Below are positions 1 to 60,506 of a DNA stretch of 64,000 bases, piece after piece; position 1 is the first letter of the stretch, and every line of letters starts with the position of its first letter. The position numbers and the translations under genes were made by a program. A model generated the notes under the pieces. That model made no database searches, was not told the origin of the DNA, and was given only the letters and a program-made list of their open reading frames with translations. Origin of the DNA: Convolutriloba macropyga (Eukaryota); the NCBI RefSeq assembly GCF_964194025.1, contig NC_134479.1, positions 44,888,001 to 44,952,000 of the forward strand, in the 5' to 3' direction.

Positions 1-86
1 CTGCTGTTTTTTTCTGTTTTATATGTCTTGTGAAGATCTTCATATTGTTCTGAACGATCTGGAGATTGTCTGGGACAGGACTTCCT

Positions 87-371
87 CTACAACCCCGACC
101 CAAGTGTGACCACATCCATGATCCACAGCGGTGGAGTCGGAGTGAACAGTGAAAAGATTATTAAAGACCTGGTTATTAATGTCCAGATCATCTGAAAACG
201 TCCAGTTGAAAACATCCAAGTGCAATTAATCCAGTGAGGCAGTGAGGCTACTATTAGATGCTACTATTGACTCAATGATGCTACTATTGATCCAGTGATG
301 CTACTATCATTGATGCTGACTCAGACGATGCTAATATCAGATTCAGACAATATGCTACCTCTGTGGTACCT
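87..371 (-). CDS. Tentative 3' exons of the Cys/His-rich gene: 13-nt micro-exon 371-359 (R)GTTE and terminal exon 191-87 MIWTLITRSLIIFSLFTPTPPLWIMDVVTLGSGL*
   Basis: ccag|AGGTACCACAGAG|gtagca converts phase 2 to phase 0; gttttcag acceptor at 194-192. A direct join without the micro-exon would stop after one codon. Confidence 0.4.
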
Positions 372-428
372 CTGGGTTATCAGAAATCAAAAGGATCATC
401 TCCGAGGGCATGGCAGTTACCAGAACGA

Positions 429-836
429 AAACATAAACTGACAAAAGTCGGAAGAATTGCTCCTGAACGACAGGCGAGGCAATTTAATTCAGGGGCTGGG
501 GCCTAGATCAATTTTTCTTCATGGGAGCAAAAAACTTTTCCCACACCGGGATTCCAACAACTGACCCCTCAAAGAACCGTGCCCCACGTCCTTCCAACTG
601 CGCCATCAGAACCTTATTGTTGAAGTGCTGCAACCAATTTATATTAGCAACAAGCTTTCCTTCGGAGTGAGAGAACAGAGATTACTCAAAATTGAAGAAC
701 CAAAGCGCGAAAAATCATTTGAGAATTCAAAGAATGTTCTAGAAAAAAAGCGCAAAATTGTCATGCAAAAAACTTGCAATAAAAAAGACACACACGTTAA
801 CAATAATTGCTATGAACTTCATTCAAGAGCAATTAA
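429..836 (-). mobile_element. Non-autonomous Helentron-type element (HINE family A) carrying a tRNA-derived cassette
   Basis: Subterminal IR AATTGCTCYTGAA/TTCAAGAGCAATT, terminal hairpin, T-run insertion site; near-identical to 8365-8725. Confidence 0.7.
538..613 (-). pseudogene. Degenerate tRNA-like sequence inside HINE-A
   Basis: A box TGGCGCAGTTGG, B-box-like GTTGGAATCC, followed by T6; cloverleaf imperfect. Confidence 0.55.
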
Positions 837-1663
837 TCAGTAGTATCAGAAAGAAATCAATAGGATCGTCAAACTCCAAATACTTCAGTTGTATAAATAG
901 TTTTTGTGCATAATCGTTTCAAAAATCCATCAAAAATTAACGATTATGCAGTTGGTTTTTTTCTCTAAGTAGAAATTAGTCGAAGTATTTTTTTCTGTTA
1001 TGGTTTATATTACTATGTTATGAGCTCTGATCGGAGAAAAAAAGCAGATAGATAATTCTGAACAGTCTAAAATTTCAGCTAAGTTTAAGAATTCAATGCT
1101 GTTCTTACACTGAACAGACTTCGTTTTTTTTCTGTCTGACTTTACACTTTTCATAGTAAAAAAAGACTTGATCCAAATATGTTCAGAGTAAAAATACAGA
1201 CTGAGAAATACTATGATTCAACGCAGATTTACTATGTTACTATGATCCGGGAGGACAAGAATAGAGCATGAATGAGTAAAATGCAGACTTGAGATTTCAA
1301 GACTCAGTTTTGGATTATCTCTCGAGGAATAGTGAAATTCACAAATTCCTTGCTTTCCTTCAAACGACATTGGGATCTTCATAAATTTGAAAACTGTCAG
1401 AATCTTGAACTACAACGTTTGGAGGAAATGATAATTTACGGTTATTGTGTTGATCTTGGGTGTAAATTGGATGTTATACTGATTCAGTAACATTTCTCAT
1501 TACTTTCCAATATGTTGCCAACTTAAAAGAGGCTTTTAGTTTTTTCGCTTCGAATTGGAGGTTTATGGAAAAGAGATAAGCTCTCCAAGTGTGCACAAAT
1601 ATTTGTTCAACTATAGATGTTTGTTCACCAAGAAATCTTGTTTACTTTGTCATATTTGTTTAC

Positions 1664-4521
1664 CTTGATATGCAGCTGGGCACCATAGTGAGCATGAAGA
1701 ATATGTAGAAGCTGCACCAGATGGGTAGAGGACTCAGAACTATCACCATGTACCACAAGAATGTCAGGCCAAGGTAGAAAAACACTAAACAACAAATCCA
1801 ATTTCAACCACTCATTCCAAATCAAATCAAACCTGGCTCCCAACTCTGGCCCTCGACTTCTGAAACGACCATGCTTGACTGAAATGTGGCACGAAAAACC
1901 ACACTCAAATTAAATAGTTCATTAAAAAGATTTTAGCTCGACTTAAATGGTCACCTGATATTTAGCTCAGACCCAGTTTTGCTCGCTAGTTCAACCCAAA
2001 ATTGAATTGCTAGACTTGAGCTCAACCTCTGTCTTGATTTCTGGACTTTAGCTCAACACAAGCTTCGATTGCTAGTCTTTACCTCAACCCAATTCTTGAT
2101 TGCTAAACTTTAGCTTGAACAAAGTTTTGATCGCTAGATCCCAGTGCAATCCAAATCTTGATCACTAGACTCCCGTTCAACCCAATTTTTGATAGCTAGA
2201 CTTCAGTTTAAACCAAGTCTTTCCCAGTCTACTTTACCGAAATCCAATTTTTGGTTGCTGATTTTAGCTCGACGCAGATTTCTAGAAGGGACCTAGGTTC
2301 AAAAAACAAACAAAACGCAAAATTATAGCGATGATACAATTCCAACTTGTCAATTGAAAAAACTTTCAAGAAAAAGAAGTCTCAAGGGGCACGTCTTCAG
2401 TTGAATTGCCTGTTCATAAATTTAATCAACTGCTGGAATTCTTCTAGAAAAGTTTTAAGTGCTAAATCGAACCTTAGTACTAATCAACGTACTGACAGTT
2501 GCCGCAAAATGTCGAGCTGCACGTTTGCTCGGGTAAAAATTGGAATTTAAAATTTTTCTGCAGATGTCATTTAAAGATGAATTGAGAAAACGTCGCCTTT
2601 GTTTTTCCAGCAGAATCGCGGTTCACTTATTAGTAGAATGCAGCAACAGAACTTCTAATAAAAAATTTTATTTGGGCTGTTCTGTTTCAATTTTGTTTGT
2701 GTCTTCTTAGCTTGGTGGTCGAGTTAAAAAAACTGTGTTTCTCCTGGGATTTAGGCAAGCATAATAAAGAATCATGCTTCAGGATAACGCATTTTTGTTC
2801 TCGAGTTATAAAAACTTGAAAGAATGATTATTGTGTGCAATAAAGCAATTTCGTATTTTTTATCAAATAGAACCCTTTTACCCTAATATTCACACGAAAC
2901 TACGTTTGTTAATTAGCGGAAAAAATTTGATTTTTTTAAAATTTCTATTAGCTTTTAATTTGAGCAAGAATGTACTACAAATCCGTTTATCTGCTTTCAA
3001 AATTTTTAGTACTGGGACAACTTTTGTTAATTCGGACGTCTATCCTGGCCACATCTATCTTTAGCCAAAATTCAAATTTGGCCGTCTTTATTTGCATCTA
3101 ATAAATTGATTTGAAATCACAATGTGTTATTATAAACGATTCCGAAAGTTTTCATTTTGTTTTCCATAAATTGTAATATTTTTGCTGTTTTCTGCTGATT
3201 TCCTTTTTTGAATTTTGCAGAAAATTAATATAAGGTTTGAGGTAATTAGCGTGGTTTTAAAACATACATTTTTCATCGTTGAATTCAGACTTCACCAAAT
3301 TTCCGTTTATCGAAAATTATTCAAACATCAACGCCGTCACTAGGACGCAAAAATCTACTCTGCGGTTTTTGGTGGTGAAGTTTCTATTTTCACCAAATTA
3401 AGTGCTAAAAACTGCAATTTTTACAAGCCTTTCGAAAGTTCATACATTTTAAAAAATTTCAACCGTAATATCTCCACCTGTATCAAATGGTTATTGTTAA
3501 GAAGTCTTTTATCGCAACTTCAGAATCCTTAAAAGTATTAACCAGTTGCTTACTATGTGAACTCCATGAAGTCTCATAAGTCACATGTAAAATTATTTAG
3601 TCAAATTGTGAGCCTCTTTCACTGCCTTTCCACAGGTTCTACTGCAAAAACCACTTCTGTTATTTAGCTGTGCAAAAGGAGCATATATGTCGGGCATTAA
3701 ACCCATCTGAGAGGAACTGGTTGACAAATACTCTGAAGTTTATCGTGCATGCAAGACCATATGAAAGTTAAGGTGCGTATTTTTTACGCTTATTGATAGC
3801 TTCATCAGTGGGTACAAAAATTTGCTTTTAATACCAATGATTAATTTTTTGCACTGAGTTTTCAGAAGAAGCGCATTTTCAGTCTCTTAAAAGTTCTAGG
3901 AACAAATTCAGCTCTCCAGGAAACAGTCCAATATTTTTTCCGCTAATAATTTTCTCGTAGCTTATCAAGATAATATCAACCTAAATGCCAGCTATCTGCT
4001 GTTCTATAACGCATAATTGGTTTTATGATAGCATCGTCAGTGTGTAGGGTTCTAGTAAAATATGAGCCAACTAAGCTGGGATGGCATTGCTAAAAATTTC
4101 CCCAATTTACTAGCGCTGCAGTTTTGCGCAACCTAGAGAAATACTCTTATAGGATTATCAGGTTAATGGGGGGTTCTATAATCTATAATTTTATAATGCA
4201 AACGCAGGGTTCTATAAAGGGAAGGAGCCACAGACACTAAGTCCACGCTTAGATTAAATTGTGTAGGAATAACTTCTTTTATCTACCCCTAGAAAGGCAT
4301 TTGCTCGACTTTCAGTACGGTGCTCAATTGCTTAATTTTAGCGCATAAAGGAACCCCCCCCCCCCCCCCAAAAAAAAATCAATAGTTTTCGTAAGTCAAA
4401 AGTTCTCATAAGTGGAGGTTGATGGGCTGATACCTGCACTCCAGCAGCACATGAAGAATATCCAATCACAGTCGCAGTCACAGCAGTGATGATGGTGGTG
4501 GTGATGGTGATCACAACACAT
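1664..4521 (-). CDS. Small Cys/His-rich membrane protein, exons 4521-4434 and 1784-1664 (MCCDHHHHHHHHCCDCDCDWIFFMCCWSA-VFFYLGLTFLWYMVIVLSPLPIWCSFYIFFMLTMVPSCIS)
   Basis: aaaATG start, G|gtatca donor, gtttag acceptor in matching phase 1, AG|gtaaac donor. Open, strongly hydrophobic frame; missed by the ORF track. Confidence 0.72.
1960..2280. repeat. Degenerate 31-bp minisatellite (gctagactttagctcaacccaattcttgatt-like), about 8-9 units
   Basis: gctagact-like motif recurs at 2009, 2040, 2071, 2102, 2133, 2164, 2195. Confidence 0.8.
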
Positions 4522-5696
4522 TTTGAGACCCCAATTTTAGAGAAATTTGTAAAAACTACTCAAATAACTTTTTCATAACTGAAAAGAGCGACTCTCAAAA
4601 TTATAACATAATACCAGTTGATAAAAAATGTCAATGAAATTGCCCAAGCTAGCTGTGATACGTCAATGATTTCTTTCCACGGAAAAAAAAACATCAAGCC
4701 AGCAAAGGACCAGCCCTTGGTTGACTAATATTTATGCTCTAACATTAACTTAGAGTATACTGAGAATAGCAAAAATCAGAACACCATCTGTGATTTCTTG
4801 GCTATATTTAAAAGTTTATTTACAGTTCTTTATTTTAAGAGGCAAACGGACGTGTAGGGACGCCTATTCTGTGTTCCAATTCCCAGTGTCTGTTCAAGAC
4901 GCCCTTGCAAATAATGTTATATTCTGATACAATTTCAAAAAGAATAACACATGCGCCAATGGCCTAAAAGTTTTATGCCCACTATGCTGGTGGGCGCAGA
5001 AGAGACCCGTAATACTACTCTCTATCGCACTTAATAGCGTCATCAGAAAGTGCCAATATTGGGATAATATTACTCTGGGTCATGATGTAGAAATAACTGG
5101 ACTCGGATATAGTCACTAAGAAAATTCAGCACATCATGAGCTGGAAAAATGAGCTTCGCCAATTTTAAAATCTGGTACTTTATATAAGAAACATTGGCAC
5201 GCCAGAATCTGACACAGAAGCGATCTGGCTATTGAAAATTTGTACGTAAGGGTTTCAGCGACTTCATATGGTTTATTGAACAGCACATGAGTAAACTTGG
5301 TTGGCTCAGAAATAAAACGGTTTTCTTATTTGGAGGTTGTCTAGCAAAATTAACTGATTTTATGACCTGGTTGTTCAATGTAGCACTTTTTCTCGACCCG
5401 GACCAGACTAGTGCTTTGGGTTACTCGTTCTCTGTGTCAATTTTTCTCGCTTTGCATCGACACAATGAAACTCAATAAATCAAAAAACAATTGTCTAATA
5501 TACACTAATTTACAGACATTTTTGACAAAAAATGTCCAACAACTTATCTACTCAACAAATCACCAGTACAAAAACTCAACTTTCCACTTTCCAATAATAA
5601 AAGAAAATTTGAGGTCTAGTCGAATAAAGGAACAAAAAAGAAATGTAAACCATCTAATGCTTAGAAACAAAGAATGCTGAGCCTGATTAGAAGTTC

Positions 5697-6100
5697 AAAC
5701 ATAACCGCGTAACGTCCAGCCAACTGCTCTCAAACAAGTGGGGCGAGGTTATCTTTGTCAAAAACTAGCTACAGAAGAGGGATCGATCACTCTGGGTTAC
5801 GAGTGGAACGATGTGCAGGGGGCGGAGGTCGGGCTCAAGTGGGTAGGGGCGTGATATGGGAGAGGGGGATGATTTGAGGGAGGGGGTAAAGGGGGCGTTA
5901 AGCGGAGGGGTCTAACTCCTATAATTGCCCTTCAAACAATCGATTCATGTCTTCAAAGCAATTTCAATGAATCGCATATTTAGAGTCTAGTAAACTGAAA
6001 GATTCCAAGAGAAATTACTGCCCTCTGGGCGTTCTGCCTGTTTTTGAGAACGAAAAGTTAAAAAGGTCATACTAAAACCGGTCAAAAAATCGCATGAAAG
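5697..6100 (-). mobile_element. HINE family A copy with G-rich cassette, right end degraded
   Basis: aacataaccg...ctgctctcaaac left end; body shared with 10440-10789 and 52478-52995. Confidence 0.6.
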
Positions 6101-6499
6101 GGGCTGAGGGACTGAGAACGTAGGGTAAAAATAATCAAGCGCTAAAAGCTGAAGGCATGTCTATCTTAGCAAATAAATCTGGGCTTTCGCAAAAAAAAAT
6201 CTATCTCAGTAGCTCTATCTAGACTTGGTTTACTTGGATTTAAATTGAGAAGATTTAGAAATAAGAAACCAACTCAAATATTGTGATACAGATTAGGAAC
6301 CAAAAAATGCGTAGATTTGGGCTGCAGTGCTATCTGAATGGGAAATTCTTGCATAACACTCCAAGACAATAAACTGTCTCTCGGTTAACGCCAGAATTTC
6401 TCAGTGACTTTATCTGACTGAGGAAACCTACATAAACGAGGTATCGAGACTGGGTTTGAATCAAAAGTTTGCACGGACTGGGTTGGAATTTAATATACA

Positions 6500-7502
6500 A
6501 ACTTACACCCCGCAGACTGCCGAAAAATAGCCGACTAGGATTGAGAGTACAGAAACGAAAAAACTGATATACGAAAAAATTATCACGTGCGAACGTGAAA
6601 CTATTTTGATTTCATTCCGCAGTCAAACATACTCCTGTGTCTTTTTGAGAAGATACAAGTGTACTATCAAACCCAATAAGTTTTAGAGATGATGACCAAG
6701 ACCTATAAGCACAAACTTCAGGTAGCAGGAATTAAAATTGGTTTTTACGTGTTTGTCCCGTTTCTATTCTTGATTTACTTTTTTAACACCACTCATTTTA
6801 GATTGCTTTGAAGGTATTCCAGCATAACGCGCGAAGAAGAAAACTAGCCTAAAGAGGTCAAACAGTATTCACGCAAAATCGAAAAATGAAGTAAAACGGA
6901 AGACTTTTTCGTTCTTTGTTCGATGAAGTCAGAATTACATAGAACAAGTCCTGAATTACAATTCAAAAGATTGAACGAAAAACTAAGAACTACTGTATCT
7001 GACCAGCAGATAAATTGAACAATGTCAGCCAAAAAAGATAAAGTCTCAAAATTTGAGAAATTAGAACAGTCAAATACACTAAATATTGCTGGTAGATTGT
7101 CACAAAATAGCCGCAATAGCTTCGTAGATCTAGTCTCAAGAAGATAAAGAAACAGATCAAAAAGCAACTTTTTACTAAATGCTGTATTATATTTTGATTA
7201 AGAATCTGTTTAATTAATTGCTGCTTCTATTAGTTGCTCTCAAATACCCCTCCAGTAGTGTGACACGTACTCTCTCGATCTTATCTTTTTGATATAAAGT
7301 AAACAAAAAGTGAATTTCAGAGTCGTTCTTGAGAGTGAAACGAGTCACCTGTGACAAAAAATTCACACAAATGAACAAATAACAAACAGCAGATTTGAAG
7401 TGATAGTGACGTCATATTGACTTTTAATTAAAAAATCCTTACGACTCAATTAAAACCATTAGAAGGCCAATAATAGCCTCAGCTATCCCTTTGCGGCTGT
7501 TA
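6500..7502 (-). mobile_element. Degenerate HINE family B (two nested or adjacent copies)
   Basis: aaaatagccg left ends near 6525 and 7105; aatagcctcagctat...gcggctgtta right end. Confidence 0.6.
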
Positions 7503-8364
7503 GACAACAACAATAATTGCTAAACCTGTTGACGCTTTTACCCTGAAGGCAAAAATTTGTCCATTTAAACAAACCCTTTAATAAGCACCAGCCTTGAAAG
7601 GTGCTTTTTGACCACTAAAGACAGAAAAACACGAGCAATGTGACCAAAAATTTAAAATTAAAAAAACTAAACTTCCCAAGACTGATGTTTTCAAGGCCCT
7701 TTTTCATCTCTCGAATCTATTCAATAGCACGTTTGCCAGACCTGAACATCAACTCACTAACGTCGGATGAATTGCTTTCGAAAGAAAGGCTGGGAGCAAT
7801 TTAGTTTAGGTGTATAGCTTAGAAATTTTTTGGGCGCAAAATTTCGGACCTGATAGGGGTTCAAACCATTGACCTTTTGGATATCAATCATTGCTCGTAA
7901 CCATTACGCTTCAACCACGTTGTTTCTCAGCCGTCAACAATCATTTATTAGCAACCAACCTCGTTTCAGAATGAGAGCACTTGAAATCAATCAAAATGAA
8001 GAAGTCAAGCTTGAAAAAGTCACTCGAGAGAGCACAAAGCTAAAAATTCGTCAAGCAAAAATTTTGCATTAGAAAAGGACTAACACGTTCACAATAATTG
8101 CTTCAAACTTCGCTCAAAGGTAATTAAAACTTTTCACTGCCTCTTAAAAATCTGTTACAAACATTTTCAAAAACTGTGAAAACAATTGAAAACTTCACTG
8201 AAATGCTTATGAAGTTCGTGATTTTAATATCTCAATTGAATGTCTCCAATGCATTGTCTCAAGGAACCATCCAGTAACCCAATAATAAGCCTGAAAGAAA
8301 GTTACACAGGCCCATAAAGATCGATAAACATGGAAGATAAAAAATTTGTGATAATAAATAGTTG

Positions 8365-8725
8365 AATATAAACCGAAAAATGTCTGAATTGCTCTTGAAC
8401 GACAGGCGAGGCCGTAGCTGTTAATTCAGGGGCTGTAGCCTAGATTGATTTTTCTTTATGGGTGCAAAAACCTTTCCCTCCCGGGATTCGAAACCGTGCC
8501 ACCAATCACTTCCTACTGCGCCATCAGAACCTTATTCTAACTGTGCTGCAACCAATTTATATTAGCAACAAGCTTTACTTCGGAGTGAGAGCAGTAGCGA
8601 TTACTCAAAAAAGAAGAACGAAAGCGTGAAAAAGTTACTTGAGAATTCAAAGAAAATCTAGAAGAAAAGCGAAAAATTTACACACGTTTACAATAATTGC
8701 TATGAACTTCGTTCAAGAGCAAATA
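8365..8725 (-). mobile_element. HINE family A with tRNA-derived cassette (8474-8531)
   Basis: Paralog of 429-836; cassette has A box TGGCGCAGTAGG and B box TTCGAATCC. Confidence 0.7.
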
Positions 8726-8846
8726 AAAACAATTTCTTTGTAACTATCAACTATGCAGCTACCTATCATCGTATTCCTGAACCCTGTGACTGAAAACGCT
8801 CAAAGAGTTCAGAAATTGTATTTTGCGTGTTGAATTTTGCAGTACC

Positions 8847-10789
8847 AAAACATAACCGACTAACGTCGGGCGAACAGCTCTCAAACGACCGGCAAGCTGT
8901 TCGCTTCGTCATCAGCTAGCCACGGTTTAGTGTCCTCAGGGCGCTACCTCTTTATCCCGTTTCTGAATACGAAAGTCAAATGAGTTAGACGAAAAATCGG
9001 CCAAGCAAAAAATGCATAAAAGACAAACAGGATTAATATTTTTGCTACAAATTGCTTTTGAGAGCAATTAACAATGGTTTCCTAAAAGTGACTGTTAGAT
9101 CATTTATGATAAAAAAAAACATTTCAACTATAACTCGTTGATAATGAGGATCAGAGATGGTGACATTACGCCACATAACAGCAGCAGTAGTGCGGAATCA
9201 ATAGAGAGAAAAATAAAACGTGAACGAGAAAGAGAAGGAAAGGAATCCCAACCGAAAGGGAGAGGAGACAGGAATATCTTCTATGATTGGATTCGACATT
9301 GCAACTTCTAGTTTTCTAACCCTGTTAATAAAAAAATCATATAGAAAAAAACTAGAAAAGGCAAAATTAAAAGATTTGAACTCCGCAATAAAAAAATCAA
9401 AACCATTTTTTGTCTGAAAAGTTATGTCAAGTAACCCATCTCCGCGGTTTGAAAAACTTTCGTTGGCCAGTAATGGTCGTTAAACTCAGAAAAGGACAAA
9501 AAATTTAAAATTTCATTACTTTAAAACTAAAAGTTTTAAAAATTTTAAATATTACAAAAACTGCAGTAAAAAAACGTTGATCACATCCTATTAACTCTAG
9601 AAACTATGCAGCAGATTATTATCAAACCTTGGAGGAGGTGCCAGGTTCTCTGTTGCCGGAAAAAATTGAAAAACATGAAAAATTGCAAATATTTTTAAAA
9701 ATTGCTTATATTCGTGATATTAAAATCTTGAAGAACATTCCATTACTTCTATAAACTATGCAGTAACATATTATCAAACCCTAGAGGAAGTTCCGTGGCC
9801 CTTGAGAATAGAGAAACCTAAAAAATGAAAAAAAAATCAAAAAGCTTTGAAAGTTTGAAAAACGAATTGCTGAAACTTAATATTAAAAATTTGAAAATTA
9901 ATCCATGACCAACAAAAATTCTCCAATAACTTATTATCAGACCCTAACGGTGGCTTTTTTGACCCTTGAGGCTCAAATATCTGAATAATGACTAAATGTT
10001 AAAAAAAGTTGGAAAAAATGGCAAAAACTATGCTAAAATTCGTGATGTTAAAATCTTGCAAGACATTCCATTTAATCTAAAAATTATTCATAAACCTATT
10101 TTCAAACCCTAGAGGAGGTTCCTCTGCTCAAGGCTGAAAAAATCTTAAAAATCTAGAAATCTAAAATCTAAAAATCCTATAGGATGTTTGCTGGTCCCTG
10201 GGTCTGTAAAGACCTGATAAGGAAAAATGTCAAAAAAATTTGAAATTGCACGTTTTGTCAGAAAAATGCGAAAATTAGTGATGATAAAATGTTGCAACCA
10301 TTACATTACCACAAGAAACTACGCAGTAACCTATTTTAAAACCTAAAGGAGGTTCCTTGACACATAGGGCTGATAAAAATAAAATGTCAAAAATTTTCAA
10401 AAAGCTTGAAAAAAATTGCAGAATATAAATTTGCGTTTTTAGCACCGGTTGTTCGTCAGTAGCTAGCCACGGGAGGGGGGGGGGGTGCACCCGGGGCTGA
10501 TGGGGGGCAACACTAGGGTGGGGGGGGGGGCAGCAGTGGGGGTGTCTTCAACCTCTAAGAATCGCCCTTCACACCATAAGTATAAGTACGAGTCTCCAAA
10601 AAAGTTTGAGCTGAAACAGCTGATAGGCTCTAAGAGCACTTAATGCCCGCTGGGCGCTACCTGTTTATCCCGTTTTTGAGGACGAAAAGTCAAAAGCGTC
10701 GGACGAAAAACCGGTCAAGCGAAAAAACGCATAAAAAAAGACCGACAGGACTAATATAATTGCTACAAACTTCGTTTGAGAGCAATTAA
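8847..10789 (-). mobile_element. Long composite HINE-A (about 1.9 kb) with two subTIR ends and internal degenerate tandem subrepeats
   Basis: AAAACATAACCGACTAACGTCGG hairpin end; TTTGAGAGCAATTAA at 9070 and 10789; recurring ttatcaaaccctagaggagg motif; paralogs at 15442 and 37422. Confidence 0.75.
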
Positions 10790-12661
10790 ACATATAGCTC
10801 ACAAAACGGCCATAAAAATTAAATTGTCTTGCAAAAGACCTTATTGACTTCGACAAATGTCAATTCTAGTCTGATCCAATAAAAACCTCCTTAAATGCTG
10901 AAAAACCTCAAAAACTGCAATTTTGGGCTCGAAAATTCCCAAAAATGATCTTTTACGCTTGAATTAAGGCATTCCCAGCCTCGCCATTCTAAGCATTTGA
11001 ACGATTACTAAAGCCACTTACGGGCCTCTTATGAAACTTAATGCCCACTGGGTGTTACCTGTTTATCCCGTTTTAGACGAAAGTCGTGGAAAAATGTAAA
11101 ATATCTTACAAAAATTCAATCCAATTCTAAGATGGTAAAAAATAGAAGCACAAAAATAGCTGCTGAGATGAGGGCAGCTTTTAATTACCATTTGGTTCTC
11201 TATGAGTTCAAACATAAATCTTAGGCCCCCTGGATTTGCACCGTGCTTGTGCGCAAGCATCCTCGTGTCAGAGCAACATGTCCCTTGGACGGCTAATATG
11301 TGTTCTAACATACTTATGACGTGATGCGAGGTCGCTAATTCTCTAATACTGTCTTGAAACGCCTGAAGTAAAGGGACTTTAATTAGCATTTCATGTGTAG
11401 TTGAACACCGATAACCGATATGGGAACTGGTGAATATTGGCTCCTATTCTGTGGTTTTGGTCACCTCGCTGTATTGCTCCTTGTTAAACTATCATATATT
11501 AAACAAAGATAAATTTTTCTTTTGATCATTCGCATTTGGAGAGAACTACTTGTAGGGTACCAGTAAACAAAGTTTGACCACCAGAACATAAAACCTCATT
11601 TGGTTAATTTCAAAAATGTCAGCTGGTTTCTAGCTTTTTGTGATGAAAACAGCAACTATCCCAAAAATGCATTCAATTTAAAATAGTAAACTCTGCATAG
11701 CAAAGAATGAAAAACTTTCAGTATCAAATAGGTAATGATGAAGTCTAGAAATGATTGATTGATATTCTGCAAAGCAAACGAAATCAAAGGAAGATTAATT
11801 CAAACTCAAATTAAACTATTTTTAATAATTATTTCAAAAACTAGGAATGTATCTATCGCTTCAGACAATATCTATGCACGCTTGTGTAACAATTAGTCAA
11901 ATCTCATATTTTACTTATCTTGAACACAATTTCAACCCCACGTGAAACAATGTTTCAATCCCCAAATTACTTTCCCAATAATCTTTAATAATTTCGAGCC
12001 GACAGAATAGAACACCTTGAATAACGAAAGTATATTTAGATAGTCAGTTCGTTGTACAGGAAATTCCAAATGTAACCAAAAGGAGGGCAACAATTTCACA
12101 CGGAATTAAATGTATAATTGGGGAAACTGTACATATATAATCGGGTCCCTCCATGGCTATTTATACCCCCCTTGCTTTCTGATATTTTTTTGCATTCTGA
12201 GCTGTCAGCTATTTTGAAAGCCATAAGAGGAACATACACCGTTACATGAACCAATTTTGCGTTTTGGTGCAATCGAATAGCAAAAATTACTGTTTCCCAT
12301 TACTGTCAGGATAACTAAGAGGAAAACCTGGAAACATTTCTCCATTTCTGAAACTATGCCATAATGGGGGGTTGGGGTCTAACTTCATGAGCTATAATGG
12401 GAAAAAACAGAATTTATATTAATGTTTTCGGGAAATATTTCCCTTTCCCCCGTTAGAATATGGCAATCTACAAAGAACCATATTTTTACATAACATATTA
12501 GGCATAGAAGCAATTTCCGAAAAATAGTCTGAAAATATTGAGTGCAAAAACACGTTAGAGTTGTTCAAAAATATTTATGAAAACTAAACTTAAATTCACG
12601 GGGAAAAGGAAACCTTCCCAATGTCTTAACAGAGTAACTATGTGTCATATTAAAGTTAAGT

Positions 12662-60293
<47,632 letters not shown>

Positions 60294-60506
60294 CTAAAAA
60301 CGACACCACTCTCAAATTTTAGATTGTTTGCAATTACGTAGCCCACTTTGACTGAAACTTTCAAACGTTGAAAAAGACCACTGATGTCCAACGAACAGGT
60401 ATGGAGAAAAATTTTCTCGTTGAGTGATGTATTATATCTTAGTGAAGCGATGAAAAACTGGTACGCATCGAAACTTATTCGAAAAAAAAGTTATAAAACT
60501 TCTTGA

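Noticed and set aside
36-225. ORF 40..225 (-) and an open + frame 37-195 as genes
   Set aside because: No recognisable product. A third frame fits the neighbouring minus-strand gene better; the region stays ambiguous.
538-613. Functional tRNA genes here, at 8474 and at 14749
   Set aside because: Acceptor and anticodon arms are broken and all three lie inside repeats
3300-4050. Possible LINE RT remnant (YTDD-like motif near 4035-4048, minus strand)
   Set aside because: Too degenerate to support by eye
11063-11389. 108-aa minus-strand ORF
   Set aside because: No motif or convincing splice sites; it ends in HINE-A sequence
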